The position numbers and the translations under genes are program-made. The notes beneath the pieces were generated by a model. The model was given only the letters and a program-made list of their open reading frames with translations, was not told the origin of the DNA and searched no databases. A DNA stretch of 63,443 nt, filler included. It is 8 parts of 8 records of this genome, joined end to end, with 100 filler letters (N's around TTAATTAATTAA, not from the genome) between each part and the next. Parts side by side here need not be neighbours in the genome. Positions count along the whole stretch, not along the records: positions 51,393 to 57,236 come from SRR31147125_24703; positions 57,337 to 63,443 come from SRR31147125_25242; 6 more parts are not named here. One strand, given 5' to 3'. Below, one piece after another: positions 53,063-63,443 of this stretch. How positions within the stretch are numbered: position 1 is the stretch's first letter; each line of letters starts with the position of its first letter.

Positions 53063-54930
53063 TTACAGACACTCTTCGATCTGATCGATAAAACGGCTTT
53101 TATTGGCAAACTGCCCTTTCCGATAATTAGCATGGGAGAGATAAAGGAATCGCTCCGCACGGGTCATGGCCACATACATGAGACGTCGCTCTTCCTGAAG
53201 TGCCTTTTCTCCGGCGTCGATGGAGCGCCAGTGGGGAAAGAGTTTTTCTTCACATCCCACCACAAAGACCGTATCAAACTCCAGTCCCTTGGCGGAGTGA
53301 ATGGTCAACAGCGCCACACCGTCATCGGAACCGCCGGCGTCGTTGTCATCCTTGTCCTCCCGGATCAAGGCCGCTTCTTCAAGATACGCCAAGATGTCGG
53401 GCTTCTCTTTTGCCGTATAGCGAAGCTGCTCGATATTCTCTTTCTTGGTGATGAACTCCCCTTCGGTTTTACATTGTTTTTTCAGATAGTCGAAGTAACC
53501 GGTTCCATCAATAATGGTGTCAATGGCCTCCGCCGGTTGCATCTCCCGAATACCATCCAGAAGCTCAAGTAAACCGGTCATGTTGTCATGAATCTTTTTG
53601 GAGAGCACCCGATCCCTCACCATGACGCGAGCCGAGTCCTGAAAACTCATCCCATCCATGCGAGCGTCCCCGATCTTCTTGATCATGGCCGGACCGATGC
53701 CGCGTTTGGGCGTATTGATCACCCGCGCGAAAGAGACATCATCGTTGGGAAACACCGACGCACAGAGATAGGCGTTAATGTCGAGGATCTCCATACGCTC
53801 GAAAAAGCCCTGGGCCCCCATAAGTCGATAAGGCACCTGAAACAGACGAAAGGTCTTTTCAAAGGAAAGGAGCAAAATTTCGTCCGATAGACCACCGCCA
53901 TCTGACTGAGTGGAATGCCGTCCCCATAGGCGTTGAGGGCCTTGATCCGACCCGCCACCCACTGGGCTTCTTCGGCTTCTGAAAAGAAATCGTGGATCTC
54001 CACGGTACCGCCCCGCTTCTTGGAGAAGCACTTTTTATCCATTTTGTCCCGGTTAAAGTCAATGAGGCCGTTGGCCACCTGGACAATCTCGTCGGCAGAG
54101 CGGTAGTTCTCCTCCAATCGGAACACCTTGGCATTGTCATACCGTCTGGGAAATTGAAGAAAGTGGTTGACATTACTCCCCCGGAACCCATACACCGCCT
54201 GCCAGTCATCCCCCACGCAAAACAGATTTCCGTGACTGCCGAGCAATAGCCGGGTCAACTCATCCTGGAGATTGTTGGTATCCTGATACTCATCCACCAA
54301 GATGTGGATAAAGTAGTTTTGGTAATGCTCCCGCACCTCGGGATGGGTTTTGAGGATATCCCGGGTTTTCAGCAGGATGTTATCGAAATCAACGCTGTTG
54401 GCCTGCATCAGCTTCTCTTCATATTTGAGAAACAGATCGTATACTTTGACCGGAAGGCCGGTCATACGGGGTTTCAAGTCAAAGTAACGTACCGGATCCC
54501 CAGAGTTTTTGGCTCTTGAAATCACGGAGACCAAATTACCGGCATGCTTCTTATCCAGATTGCTGTTGACCAGCACTTCGGTGGCGATCTTTTTTTGATG
54601 GTAACCGGTGCAGATCTGTATGGGCTCGGCATATCCCGCTTTTCGACAATGCAATTTCAAAATCATGAGACAGGCGGAATGGTAGGTGCGCACCCATTTA
54701 AATTTGCCGTATCCCATACCGGTGAGATCAAAAAGACGACTTTTCATCTCATCGGCGGCTTTGTTGGTAAAGGTGATGGCAAGGATGCGCTCCGGTTCGT
54801 ATCCGGATTGAATCAGATGAAGAATTTTGGCCGTGAGGGTCCGGGTTTTACCGGATCCGGCACCGGCCACCACCAGCGCGGGGGATCCACTATGATTGAC
54901 GGCATCCTGCTGTTGCCGGGACAGTTGCAT
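53063..54930 (-). CDS. UvrD/PcrA-family helicase (frameshift near 53890)
   Basis: AGAGSGKT, FTNKAA, VDEYQD, GDDWQ, NYRS, TIHSAKGLEF, EERRLMYVAMTRA. Confidence 0.95.
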
Positions 54931-55046
54931 ATTTGAAATCCTTATATTTGAATGTAGAGAGTAGGGTATGGTTTGGCTATTCCTTATCTTCTCTTAAGAA
55001 CCCTGCTTTGTTGGTCACGCAGCCTCCCCTTGTTTTTTGGGCTGTT

Positions 55047-55838
55047 TTACCGATCAAATTCAGTGATGCGGTAGAGGCGGCAGGTGTTGTTCCATAGAGC
55101 ATCGGCAAGGACGTTGACATCCATCTCCTTGAGCTCCGCCAGTTTCAGCAATACATATCGGACAAACGCAGGCTCGTTTCTTCTCACCTTGTTTTTCATG
55201 GGGGCCGGCGTCAGATAGGGGGCATCGGTTTCAATAACCATGCGATCTTCCGGGATATGCACGGCCAGCTCCCGAAGCAAACGCCCCCGCTGCTGGATGG
55301 TCAAAATGCCGGTGATGCCGATATGATATCCCAGATCAAGATACTTGAACATCTCCTGCTTAGATCCGCTGAAGCAGTGAACCACGCCCTGACGGGCCTT
55401 ATGGGAGGTTTCTCGAAGGATCTCAAGAAAGCGCCCTTCGGAATCGCGCTCATGGAAAATCATGGGCAGATCCACCTCATCGGCCGCTTCGATCTGCCGG
55501 ATGAACCACTTCTCCTGGTCGGCTTTTGGAGAGTGCATCCGGTTAAAATCCAGCCCGGTTTCTCCCCAGGCACGCACTTTGTCGTGGCAAGCCAGCGTTT
55601 TGAATGTCTCGATGATCTCATGGGAGCAGTACTGAGCATCATGGGGATGGACGCCGACTGATGTAAACAGATGATCATATTTTTCAGTAAGGCCAATGGC
55701 CTTTCGGGTCGTTTCGGGATTGATGCCCACCACCATCATCGCTTTGATGTCGGATTCGTCCGCGCGGGCCAGCATGGCATCGAAGTCGTCATCATAGGAG
55801 CGATCATCAATATGGCAATGGCTGTCAAATATTCGCAT
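55047..55838 (-). CDS. tatD: TatD family DNase
   Basis: DSHCH, GVHPH, GETGLD, HCFSG, ETDAPYL. Confidence 0.93.
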   Translation of the reverse strand: MRIFDSHCHIDDRSYDDDFDAMLARADESDIKAMMVVGINPETTRKAIGLTEKYDHLFTSVGVHPHDAQYCSHEIIETFKTLACHDKVRAWGETGLDFNRMHSPKADQEKWFIRQIEAADEVDLPMIFHERDSEGRFLEILRETSHKARQGVVHCFSGSKQEMFKYLDLGYHIGITGILTIQQRGRLLRELAVHIPEDRMVIETDAPYLTPAPMKNKVRRNEPAFVRYVLLKLAELKEMDVNVLADALWNNTCRLYRITEFDR

Positions 55839-56240
55839 TTAAAGCCTCTGGTAAACTCGTAGTTAACGGGCATCCACCCGTTGAAAGGCTGCCGAAGGAC
55901 GACCCCATCGGCAGCTGTTATTTATCAAAACTACGAGTTATACAAGAATATGAGATAGTTGTCATGGACTTTCTCAGGATACCATCTTTCTCATGCCACC
56001 GCCCCAAAGCCATTCGGAGTAAAAAATGAAGCGCAAATGCAAAAAGAGCATGCTCGCTTTTTCAAGGGAACACGCTCTTTTGAAAACCCGATTCGGCAGT
56101 TTCGCCAATGACCAAGGGGGAGGCCACTGAATCAATTATTTTCACCGAATGGGGTGTATTTTGGAGGCTTGTCTATTGAGTAAAGATGATCGGATTATAT
56201 TTCAAATATGATACTTTAATTACTATCAATACGATGGTGG

Positions 56241-56864
56241 CTATTCAGTGGCTGTTTCAGCTTCCTGGGGTACAGAATCATTGGTTGTCTGAAGCAAAGG
56301 GCAGTTAGCTCTTCGGGCATACTTCTGAAAGGGATTGGCACACTTTCCCTGCATTCCTTTCCAGTGACGACCTCTTTCCCCGTCAAAAATTTTTGCTTTA
56401 CCGAATCGTCCCATCTCGAAAAACCCCATGCCGTGGCCCATGGGAAGCTCCAGCTCCGGTGCGATGGCTTTTACGGCAAGCGCCATATCCAATCCTTTCA
56501 TCATCACCTCTTTTTTCAAGTCGACAATCTCATTGAGCAGCGTCTGAAGTTTTGCTTTATCCGGAGCCGATGTTCCCATAAGAATCTTGACCTGCTCTTT
56601 TCGAGAGACAATGGAAGTCCGTGCATCGGCGGTTTTATCTTTGAATTCCTGTCGAAGCGTTTTAATTTTACTCTTTTGATCATCGGTGAGCTGGGTCCAT
56701 TGATGAAACATGGGACCTTTTCCATGTCTGAACTCATTCCCAGGGCCATATCCTTTTCCATATCCATTTTTTCCGCACCTGTCCCATGCAAAGGCGCTTC
56801 CGGCCATGGTGATAACGGTAAATACAACTGCCATTACAAGTGATGTTCTTTTCTTCATGTTCAT
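56241..56864 (-). CDS. Spy/CpxP/ZraP-family periplasmic protein
   Basis: Start moved to MNMKKR (AAGGAG RBS); signal peptide ending AFA; Gly-rich linker; LTDDQ motif; helical hairpin. Confidence 0.8.
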   Translation of the reverse strand: MNMKKRTSLVMAVVFTVITMAGSAFAWDRCGKNGYGKGYGPGNEFRHGKGPMFHQWTQLTDDQKSKIKTLRQEFKDKTADARTSIVSRKEQVKILMGTSAPDKAKLQTLLNEIVDLKKEVMMKGLDMALAVKAIAPELELPMGHGMGFFEMGRFGKAKIFDGERGRHWKGMQGKCANPFQKYARRANCPLLQTTNDSVPQEAETATE

Positions 56865-57001
56865 TTGATGTCTCCTTTTCCAGGTTGGTTCATCATACCG
56901 CCCGTTCCATTGTTCCGGCATGATTCCAAATTCTTTTTTTTACTCTTCACACAATTTACTGTTTCTTTAAAGAACGTTCTCGATACTTGCCAATTGTTTA
57001 T

Positions 57002-57018
57002 ATCAAGTTGTGTGCCAA
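57002..57018 (-). promoter_or_regulatory. Sigma54-type promoter
   Basis: TTGGCAC-ACAAC-TTGAT (-24/-12; -12 is GA instead of GC) upstream of the Spy/ZraP-like gene. Confidence 0.6.
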
Positions 57019-57236
57019 TGCAGAATTTTTCTTTTAACCATTTGAAATAAAAAGATTTTAAACCCATATTCTTCTGAGAGTACTTTTTACCCAAATGGGT
57101 CTTTTCGATTGATCTGGATACTTAGTACCCGGTTCCGTTCATTTCAGGTGGATAAAAAATACCCGATTGGGGAAAATGGGACGATTGAGCACTCCCGTGA
57201 TGAGAATTAAACGGGTATGGCTATGATTTAGCCCCC

Positions 57237-57336
57237 NNNNNNNNNNNNNNNNNNNNNNNNNNNNNNNNNNNNNNNNNNNNTTAATTAATTAANNNNNNNN
57301 NNNNNNNNNNNNNNNNNNNNNNNNNNNNNNNNNNNN
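57237..57336. other. Artificial contig linker
   Basis: N44-TTAATTAATTAA-N44. Confidence 0.99.
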
Positions 57337-60300
57337 AAATCAACATGTTCTTATTGCGGTGTCGGTTGTGGCGTTGTTGTTACAAAAAGACCTGATGGGA
57401 AAGTTACGGTAAAGGGCGACACCAACCATCCTGTAAATCGAGGTAAACTTTGCTCAAAAGGATTGAACCTTCATTATGTGGTCAACAACCAAACCGACCG
57501 ATTGCTACATCCACAAATGCGAATGAGCAAAGGATATCCTCTACAGGATATCGAATGGCCGGAAGCTATCAACCGCGTATCATCTGTATTCCAATCACTC
57601 ATACAAAAATTTGGTCCCGACTCTGTTGGCTTTTATGTATCCGGACAGTGCTTAACTGAAGAATACTATTTAGCAACAAAGCTCGCAAAAGGTTTTTGGG
57701 GAACGAACAATATCGATACAAATTCGCGTTTATGCATGAGCTCTGCAGTTGTTGGATATAAAATGCAACTTGGCGAAGATGCAGTACCAATTTCTTATGA
57801 AGATATTGAACTGGCGGATTGTTTTTTTATTACCGGAGCTAATCCTGCCTGGTGTCATCCTATTTTATTTAGAAGAATTGAAGAACTAAAGGCTAAAAAT
57901 CCTGATGTTAAAATTATTGTTGCAGACCCCGAAGAACACAAAGCTGTGAACTGGCAAATCTGCACCTTCAATTAAATCCGGGTACAGATGTATACCTAAA
58001 CAATGCTATTGGTCGGTGTTTAATAGAAGACAGTTTAATTGACTGGGATTTCATTAAAAATCATGTTGACGGCTTTGATGACTATCAAAAAGGTGATGGA
58101 GCTTCCAGTGAAAGAAGCGTCGAGAATTTGCGGCGTATCTGTTTCCGACATTCGATTGGCAGCTCGATACATTGGCGAATCAAAAGGCTACATTTCCATG
58201 TGGGCAATGGGCTTAAACCAAAGTGTTATTGGGGTCAACAAAAATCTTTCATTAATAAACCTTTCATTAATAACCGGCCAAATTGGGAAACCAGGCTCTG
58301 GTCCTTTTTCATTAACCGGACAACCAAATGCTATGGGCGGAAGGGAAGTTGGAGGAATGAGCAACTTACTTCCTGCACATCGAAATTTAGCTAATGAAGA
58401 GCACCGAAAAGAAGTAGCAAACTTCTGGAAAGTAGATGAAATTCCATCAAAGGCTGGCTATACTGCCACCGAAATGATTGATGCACTGGAAAGTGGAAAG
58501 TTAAAAGCCATTTGGATTATTTGCACTAACCCAATGGTAAGCTTGCCCAATTCACACAAAGTAGAACAGGCTCTAAAAAAAGCAAAATTCGTTGTTGTTC
58601 AGGACATCTCAAATAAATCAGATACAATTCCTTTTGCGGATGTTGTTTTCCCGGCTGCCGGATGGTTGGAAAAAGATGGAACAATGACAAATTCAGAGCG
58701 CAGGATCACCTATATAAATAAAGTTGTAGATGCACCCGGCGAAGCACTTCCCGATTATGAGATTCTATGCAGGGTTGCTCGTAAAATGGGTTATCACGGA
58801 TTCAATTTTGATAGTTCAGAAGAAGTTTTTAATGAATATAAACAGCTTACAAAAGGAACAAATTTATCAATTGACGAATTGAGCTACGAATACTTACAGG
58901 AATCGGGAACAACTCAGTGGCCGTTTATAAATGGAAGTGGTACAAGCAGGCTGTTTGAAGATAAGAAATTCTTTACCCCTACGGGTAATGCAAACCTTTT
59001 TGCTGTTGATCCACAAAATGAATCAGAATTGCCTTCCGATGAATTCCCTTTGGTTCTAACGACAGGAAGAATTCGTGACCAATGGCATACAATGACCAAA
59101 ACCGGGAAGGTTCAAAAATTAAAACAGCATATTGATCATTCTTTTTTGGAAATTCACCCAACTGATGCTGACTTATACAATATTAAGGATGGAGACATTG
59201 TAACCGTTAATGGCAAAAATGGGAAAGTTCAGGTTCCGGCAAAAATGAGTTACGACATAAAACAAGGAGTTGTCTTTCTTCCTATGCACTGGGGGAAAGC
59301 ACTCTCCGGTAACAATTCACGTACCAATAACATAACATTCGACAGGGTTGATCCAACATCCAAAGAACCTGATTTTAAATTTACAACTGTTGCAGTTTCA
59401 AAATTCAGTAAGCCTGTTGAACGCATTGTCGTAGCAGGTGCAGGAGCTGCTGCCCTTCAGTTCATTCGGAGCTACAGGCAAAGGAATACTACAGATGAAA
59501 TAACTATCATCTCAAAAGAAATCCACCCATTTTACAACCGGATTCTTCTTCCTGATTATATTGCTGGCACAATGGGATGGGATGCTTTGCAGAAGATTAC
59601 CGAACAAGAAATCAAAAACTTATTCATTCACATTGAAACAGGACTCAGTATTGAAAAGATCAATGCTTCACAAAAATCGGTTAAGTGTTCAAATGGAAAA
59701 GAAATTAGCTATGATAAATTAATTCTTGCAACAGGTTCTCGTCCAAATGTTTCAAGGACAGATTGGATGGAATATTCAAAAACATATACAATCCGAGATA
59801 AACATGATGCCGATAAGTTTAAGGGTGAGCTTGAAAAAACAGATCATGTACTGGTTGTTGGAGGTGGTTTATTGGGTCTGGAAATGGCTGCTTCACTTTT
59901 AGAATTAGATGTAAAAGTAAGCTTGGCAAATAGAAACCCAAGGCTTATGGATAGGCAACTTGACAGCGTGTCCAGTAGTTTACTAAAAGATGTTCTTGTT
60001 GAAAAAGGCATGAATATTCTTTTCAATGATGAAGTTAGCCAAATTGCTCCAGACTCAAACTCAACTCACAAAGTAACATTTAAGAGTGGTAAAAGACAGG
60101 CTTTTGATGCAGTAATCTTTGCTATTGGAACTCAGCCCAATATTGAATATGCAAAAGAGGTTGTTCGTACCCGTCGTGGAATTATAATTAATGAACATTT
60201 AGAAACCAGTTGTAAGTCTATTTATGCCATTGGAGAAATTGCAGAACTCTATGGAGAACTTTATGGTATTACTGCTGCAGCTGAAGAACAAGCAATAGTT

Positions 60301-60813
60301 CTGGCAAATCATTTAAATGGAAACCCAACAAGTGAATATCACGGAACCGAATCAATGAACATTTTGAAATTCCCGGGAATTGATCTTTGCTCAATCGGCT
60401 TAACCAAAATACCTGATAATTCAACCGATTACGAAGAGGTTGTTTTTATCGACAGAGCTACACGCTATTATAAAAAATGCATTGTAAAGGATGATGTTCT
60501 TTTAGGAGCAATCCTAATGGGAGATAAAGCCGAATTTTCTGAATTCAAAAAACTGATTATTCAAAAAACAGAGCTTGCCGGCTTACGTAAAAAGTTGCTA
60601 CGAACCGGCAAACCAGTAGAGCCTGTTATTGGCAAATTGCTTTGTTCATGCAATAATGTCGGTGTAGGAAACATTCAAAAAATAATCCGATCCGGACATC
60701 ATGATTTAGATTCGATATGTGATCATACTGGTGCGGGATTAGGATGTGGCAGTTGTCGCCCTGAGATTCAAAAAATAGTTAAAGACGAACTGGAACTGGA
60801 GGAAATAAATTAG
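57337..60813 (+). CDS. Assimilatory nitrate reductase (Mo-bisPGD) fused to FAD/NADH oxidoreductase and BFD-like [2Fe-2S] domains; 5' truncated, frameshifted near 57930-58090
   Basis: KSTCSYCGVGCG...LCSKG, NSRLCMSSA, GQPNAMGGRE, TTGRIRDQWHT, GAGAA, GGGLLGLE, CSCNNV...CGSC. Confidence 0.92.
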
Positions 60814-60822
60814 TATAAACTG

Positions 60823-62277
60823 ATGAGCAAAACAAGAAATTTATATCGAATACTAAATAGAGGAGGCGTTCTTTCTCCTGCCCTTCTCTTCAACATTATT
60901 AAGTTCGCAGAAGATGCAGGAAACAAGCATGTTTTTCTGGGCTCACGTCAGGACATTTTGTTTTATCTACCAGAACATACACCCCAAGGTATTTTCAACG
61001 AATCCGGCTTAACAATCCACAAACGAAGTTCGGGGATTCAAAATGTTATCTCATCGTACATGTGCGTAGACATCCTCCCCTCAACAAACTGGATATACTC
61101 GGGAATTTATCTGAAAATTATCGATCAGTTCTCTTACGATCATTTGCTTCGGGTGAATATTGTCGACCCACAACAAAACATGGTACCTCTCTTTTACGGA
61201 CACCTTAATTTTGTTGCATCTGAAACACCAAACTACTGGCATCTTTATTTAAATCTTGATGCAAAGAAAGATCCCCAATGCTGGCCGGGATTAATTTTCA
61301 CTGACGATATCGCTGAATTTTCAGAGACACTGGAAAGCCTGATAATTGGTGAAAATATTACTTCATCAAGCCGACTTTTAGAAAAGTTAGAAAATACTTC
61401 ATTACAAAAAAGTACACTAAATACATCGGAAGAAATTAGTTTACCAACGGGGTTTTTTCCCTATTACGAAGGGCTGAACAAGCTTGATGGGAAAGATCAA
61501 TACTGGGCCGGTTTTTATTGGAGGAACAATGAATATCCAACTCAGTTCTTAAAAGAAGTATGTGACTTGTGCCAAAGGACAAATGTTGGTAAAATTAGTT
61601 TCACTCCCTGGAAAACAATCCTGATAAAAGGAATTGAAGCAAAAGATAAAATTCACTGGAATGAGCTCATTGGACGCTTTGGAATAAATATGCGCCATTC
61701 TTCTTTTGAGCTTAACTGGCACTTACCGTTACTTGATACTGACGCATTAAAACTAAAAAGGTATTTGGTTTCAGAGTTTGACAAGTTTGATATCCGGACA
61801 TTTGGGCTATCATTTGCTATTTTAAATAAAGAAGGCGAACGATTCACCTCAATTGTCATCCGTTCTAAAGGAAAATTTCCATTTCTCGGGAAATACGATT
61901 TCACACGAAGATATAGCATTGAATATGCATATGATTATAACCCAAACAATAATCATTATATCGAGTATGCCAGAAATTTGGATAAGAAAGAAATCCCTGA
62001 AAAGTTAAACGAGATTTCAAAAAGATATTATGCACAGCTTTTTGCTCGAAGCAAAACTCAAAGTCCACATCAACACTCTAAAAATAGAATGTTAAGTCAC
62101 GAGGTTCATCAGTGTCCCAATTGCCTGACCATTTACGATGAACGATACGGAGATATCCTGGCAAATATTAAAGCTGGTGTTTCATTTAACTTGTTACCTG
62201 AAAACTATTGCTGTCAGGTTTGTGAAACATCAAAAGCTGATTTTACTGAAATTGAAATTGCAGAACGAGCTAATTAA
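60823..62277 (+). CDS. Protein with nitrite/sulfite-reductase ferredoxin-like half domains and C-terminal rubredoxin
   Basis: GGVLSP...GSRQDI; TPWKTI; CPNC..IYD..GD...LPENYCCQVC. Confidence 0.75.
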   Translation: MSKTRNLYRILNRGGVLSPALLFNIIKFAEDAGNKHVFLGSRQDILFYLPEHTPQGIFNESGLTIHKRSSGIQNVISSYMCVDILPSTNWIYSGIYLKIIDQFSYDHLLRVNIVDPQQNMVPLFYGHLNFVASETPNYWHLYLNLDAKKDPQCWPGLIFTDDIAEFSETLESLIIGENITSSSRLLEKLENTSLQKSTLNTSEEISLPTGFFPYYEGLNKLDGKDQYWAGFYWRNNEYPTQFLKEVCDLCQRTNVGKISFTPWKTILIKGIEAKDKIHWNELIGRFGINMRHSSFELNWHLPLLDTDALKLKRYLVSEFDKFDIRTFGLSFAILNKEGERFTSIVIRSKGKFPFLGKYDFTRRYSIEYAYDYNPNNNHYIEYARNLDKKEIPEKLNEISKRYYAQLFARSKTQSPHQHSKNRMLSHEVHQCPNCLTIYDERYGDILANIKAGVSFNLLPENYCCQVCETSKADFTEIEIAERAN

Positions 62278-62285
62278 TTATTGGA

Positions 62286-63257
62286 ATGAAAAAGATAGAA
62301 GATCATATTGGAAGACGTTTTGAAAAGCTGCGGGTGAGCTTATTAAACACCTGCAATTTTTCGTGCGTCTACTGTGTTGATGATAATTCAACAACAGATT
62401 TCCACAGAGCTCTATCTGCACCAAAAGAAGAACAACTGGATGTAAATGAATTTGCTTGCTTAATTAAAGCAGTTCATAAACTTGTTGGGTTAAAAAGCAT
62501 CAGATTGACCGGTGGTGAGCCACTGTTATATATGAAAATCCATCAACTCATAAAAGAAATAAAGTCTCTAGGAATAGAAGATATACGCTTGACAACAAAT
62601 GGTTATTACTTAACACAATCTGCGAGACAGTTGAAAGAGTCGGGACTTAAATCCATCAATATTTCAATTGATGCAATTGACCATGACTTATTGAAGAAGA
62701 TAACCAGACACAATCAACCCCAACGGGTTTTTGACGGCATTGAATCAGCATTACATGAAGGATTAAATGTAAAGCTGAATGCCGTCATTATGAAAGGGAA
62801 AAACGAATCTCAGATAATTCCCCTTTTAGACTATGCCGCAAAAATGGGAGTTAAAATCCGCTACCTCGAATTAATGAAGATGGGACATTTACATGAAGTT
62901 GAGAATAAATTATTTTTCTCTGAAAAGGATATTCTGAAAACAATCGCCGACCGTTACAACATATCAAAATTAACACGAAAACAATCGGAAACAGCTCGAT
63001 ATTGGAGCGCAGGTGAGAATCGTGTTTTTGGAATTATTGCTAACGAATCTACACCATTTTGTCACGATTGTAACAGGCTACGAATGGATAGCCGTGGTTA
63101 TTTCTACGGATGCCTGAGCAACGCTTATGGGGAAAAATTAAGCCCATACTTAAATAATGAAAATGAATTAACAGAAAAGCTTCAACAATTATTGCTTTTA
63201 AAACAAACTGTCAAATTTAAGGGCAGCAAATTGTCAATGAAAAACATAGGAGGATAA
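62286..63257 (+). CDS. moaA: GTP 3',8-cyclase MoaA
   Basis: LRVSL..CNFSCVYC, TGGEP, FCHDCNRLR...GCL, C-terminal IGG. Confidence 0.92.
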   Translation: MKKIEDHIGRRFEKLRVSLLNTCNFSCVYCVDDNSTTDFHRALSAPKEEQLDVNEFACLIKAVHKLVGLKSIRLTGGEPLLYMKIHQLIKEIKSLGIEDIRLTTNGYYLTQSARQLKESGLKSINISIDAIDHDLLKKITRHNQPQRVFDGIESALHEGLNVKLNAVIMKGKNESQIIPLLDYAAKMGVKIRYLELMKMGHLHEVENKLFFSEKDILKTIADRYNISKLTRKQSETARYWSAGENRVFGIIANESTPFCHDCNRLRMDSRGYFYGCLSNAYGEKLSPYLNNENELTEKLQQLLLLKQTVKFKGSKLSMKNIGG

Positions 63258-63259
63258 CA

Positions 63260-63443
63260 ATGGAAACACAAATTCAAATAACATGTTTTGCAGGCTTACG
63301 AAAGTATTTTGAGCCGGAAATGAATATCAACGTAAAACTCCCAAGCTCTTATCATTCAGTTATTCAAGAATTGAAAAAATTAAATCCTGAAGCAGAGGAG
63401 ATACTTAATAATTGCAGAATTGCCGTAAATGAAAAGTTTGTTC
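63260..63443 (+). CDS. moaD: MoaD/ThiS sulfur carrier, 3' truncated (absent from ORF track)
   Basis: METQIQITCFAGLRKYF...CRIAVNEKFV directly after moaA. Confidence 0.8.
   Translation, partial: METQIQITCFAGLRKYFEPEMNINVKLPSSYHSVIQELKKLNPEAEEILNNCRIAVNEKFV

Noticed and set aside
55888..55915. Fluoride riboswitch, SRP RNA or tRNA identity for the tatD leader structure
   Set aside because: Lacks the TTCGCC/GCTAATGAC, CAGG-GGAA-AGCAG and TTC-loop/cloverleaf hallmarks respectively

Overview
The window is not one locus. It is eight unrelated contigs joined by artificial 100-nt linkers (44 N + TTAATTAATTAA + 44 N): 1-6559, 6660-18963, 19064-28141, 28242-34972, 35073-45003, 45104-51292, 51393-57236 and 57337-63443. 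Taxonomy is my impression from gene content and composition: FCB/Marinimicrobia-like (1), Bacteroidota (2, 8), Desulfobacterales (3, 6, 7), Clostridia (4, 5). Many genes in contigs 3-8 are split by 1-nt frameshifts, several at homopolymer runs, most likely sequencing error. Routine content: enolase end, sugar ABC transporter with GH31, VapBC, two-component systems, MacAB-like exporter, UvrD, TatD, K+ channel, assimilatory nitrate reductase, moaA/moaD. Best leads: (i) a Desulfobacterales operon of unknown enzyme + Psd-like decarboxylase + Lgt-like transferase + DUF2062, convergent on an OlsF-like acyltransferase; (ii) a Bacteroidota cluster that reads as fatty-acyl reductase, alcohol kinase, cytidylyltransferase and CDP-alcohol transferase; (iii) two coupled radical SAM/SPASM genes divergent from an AMP-ligase/ACP/chorismate-lyase-like cassette; (iv) a four-helix-bundle gene bracketed by inverted GTAGNNN heptamer arrays. 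Also seen: REP-like hairpins with covariation, a GEMM-I riboswitch, a 57-aa ORF absent from the track, and candidate structured RNAs. All calls are by motif recognition; no database search was run.
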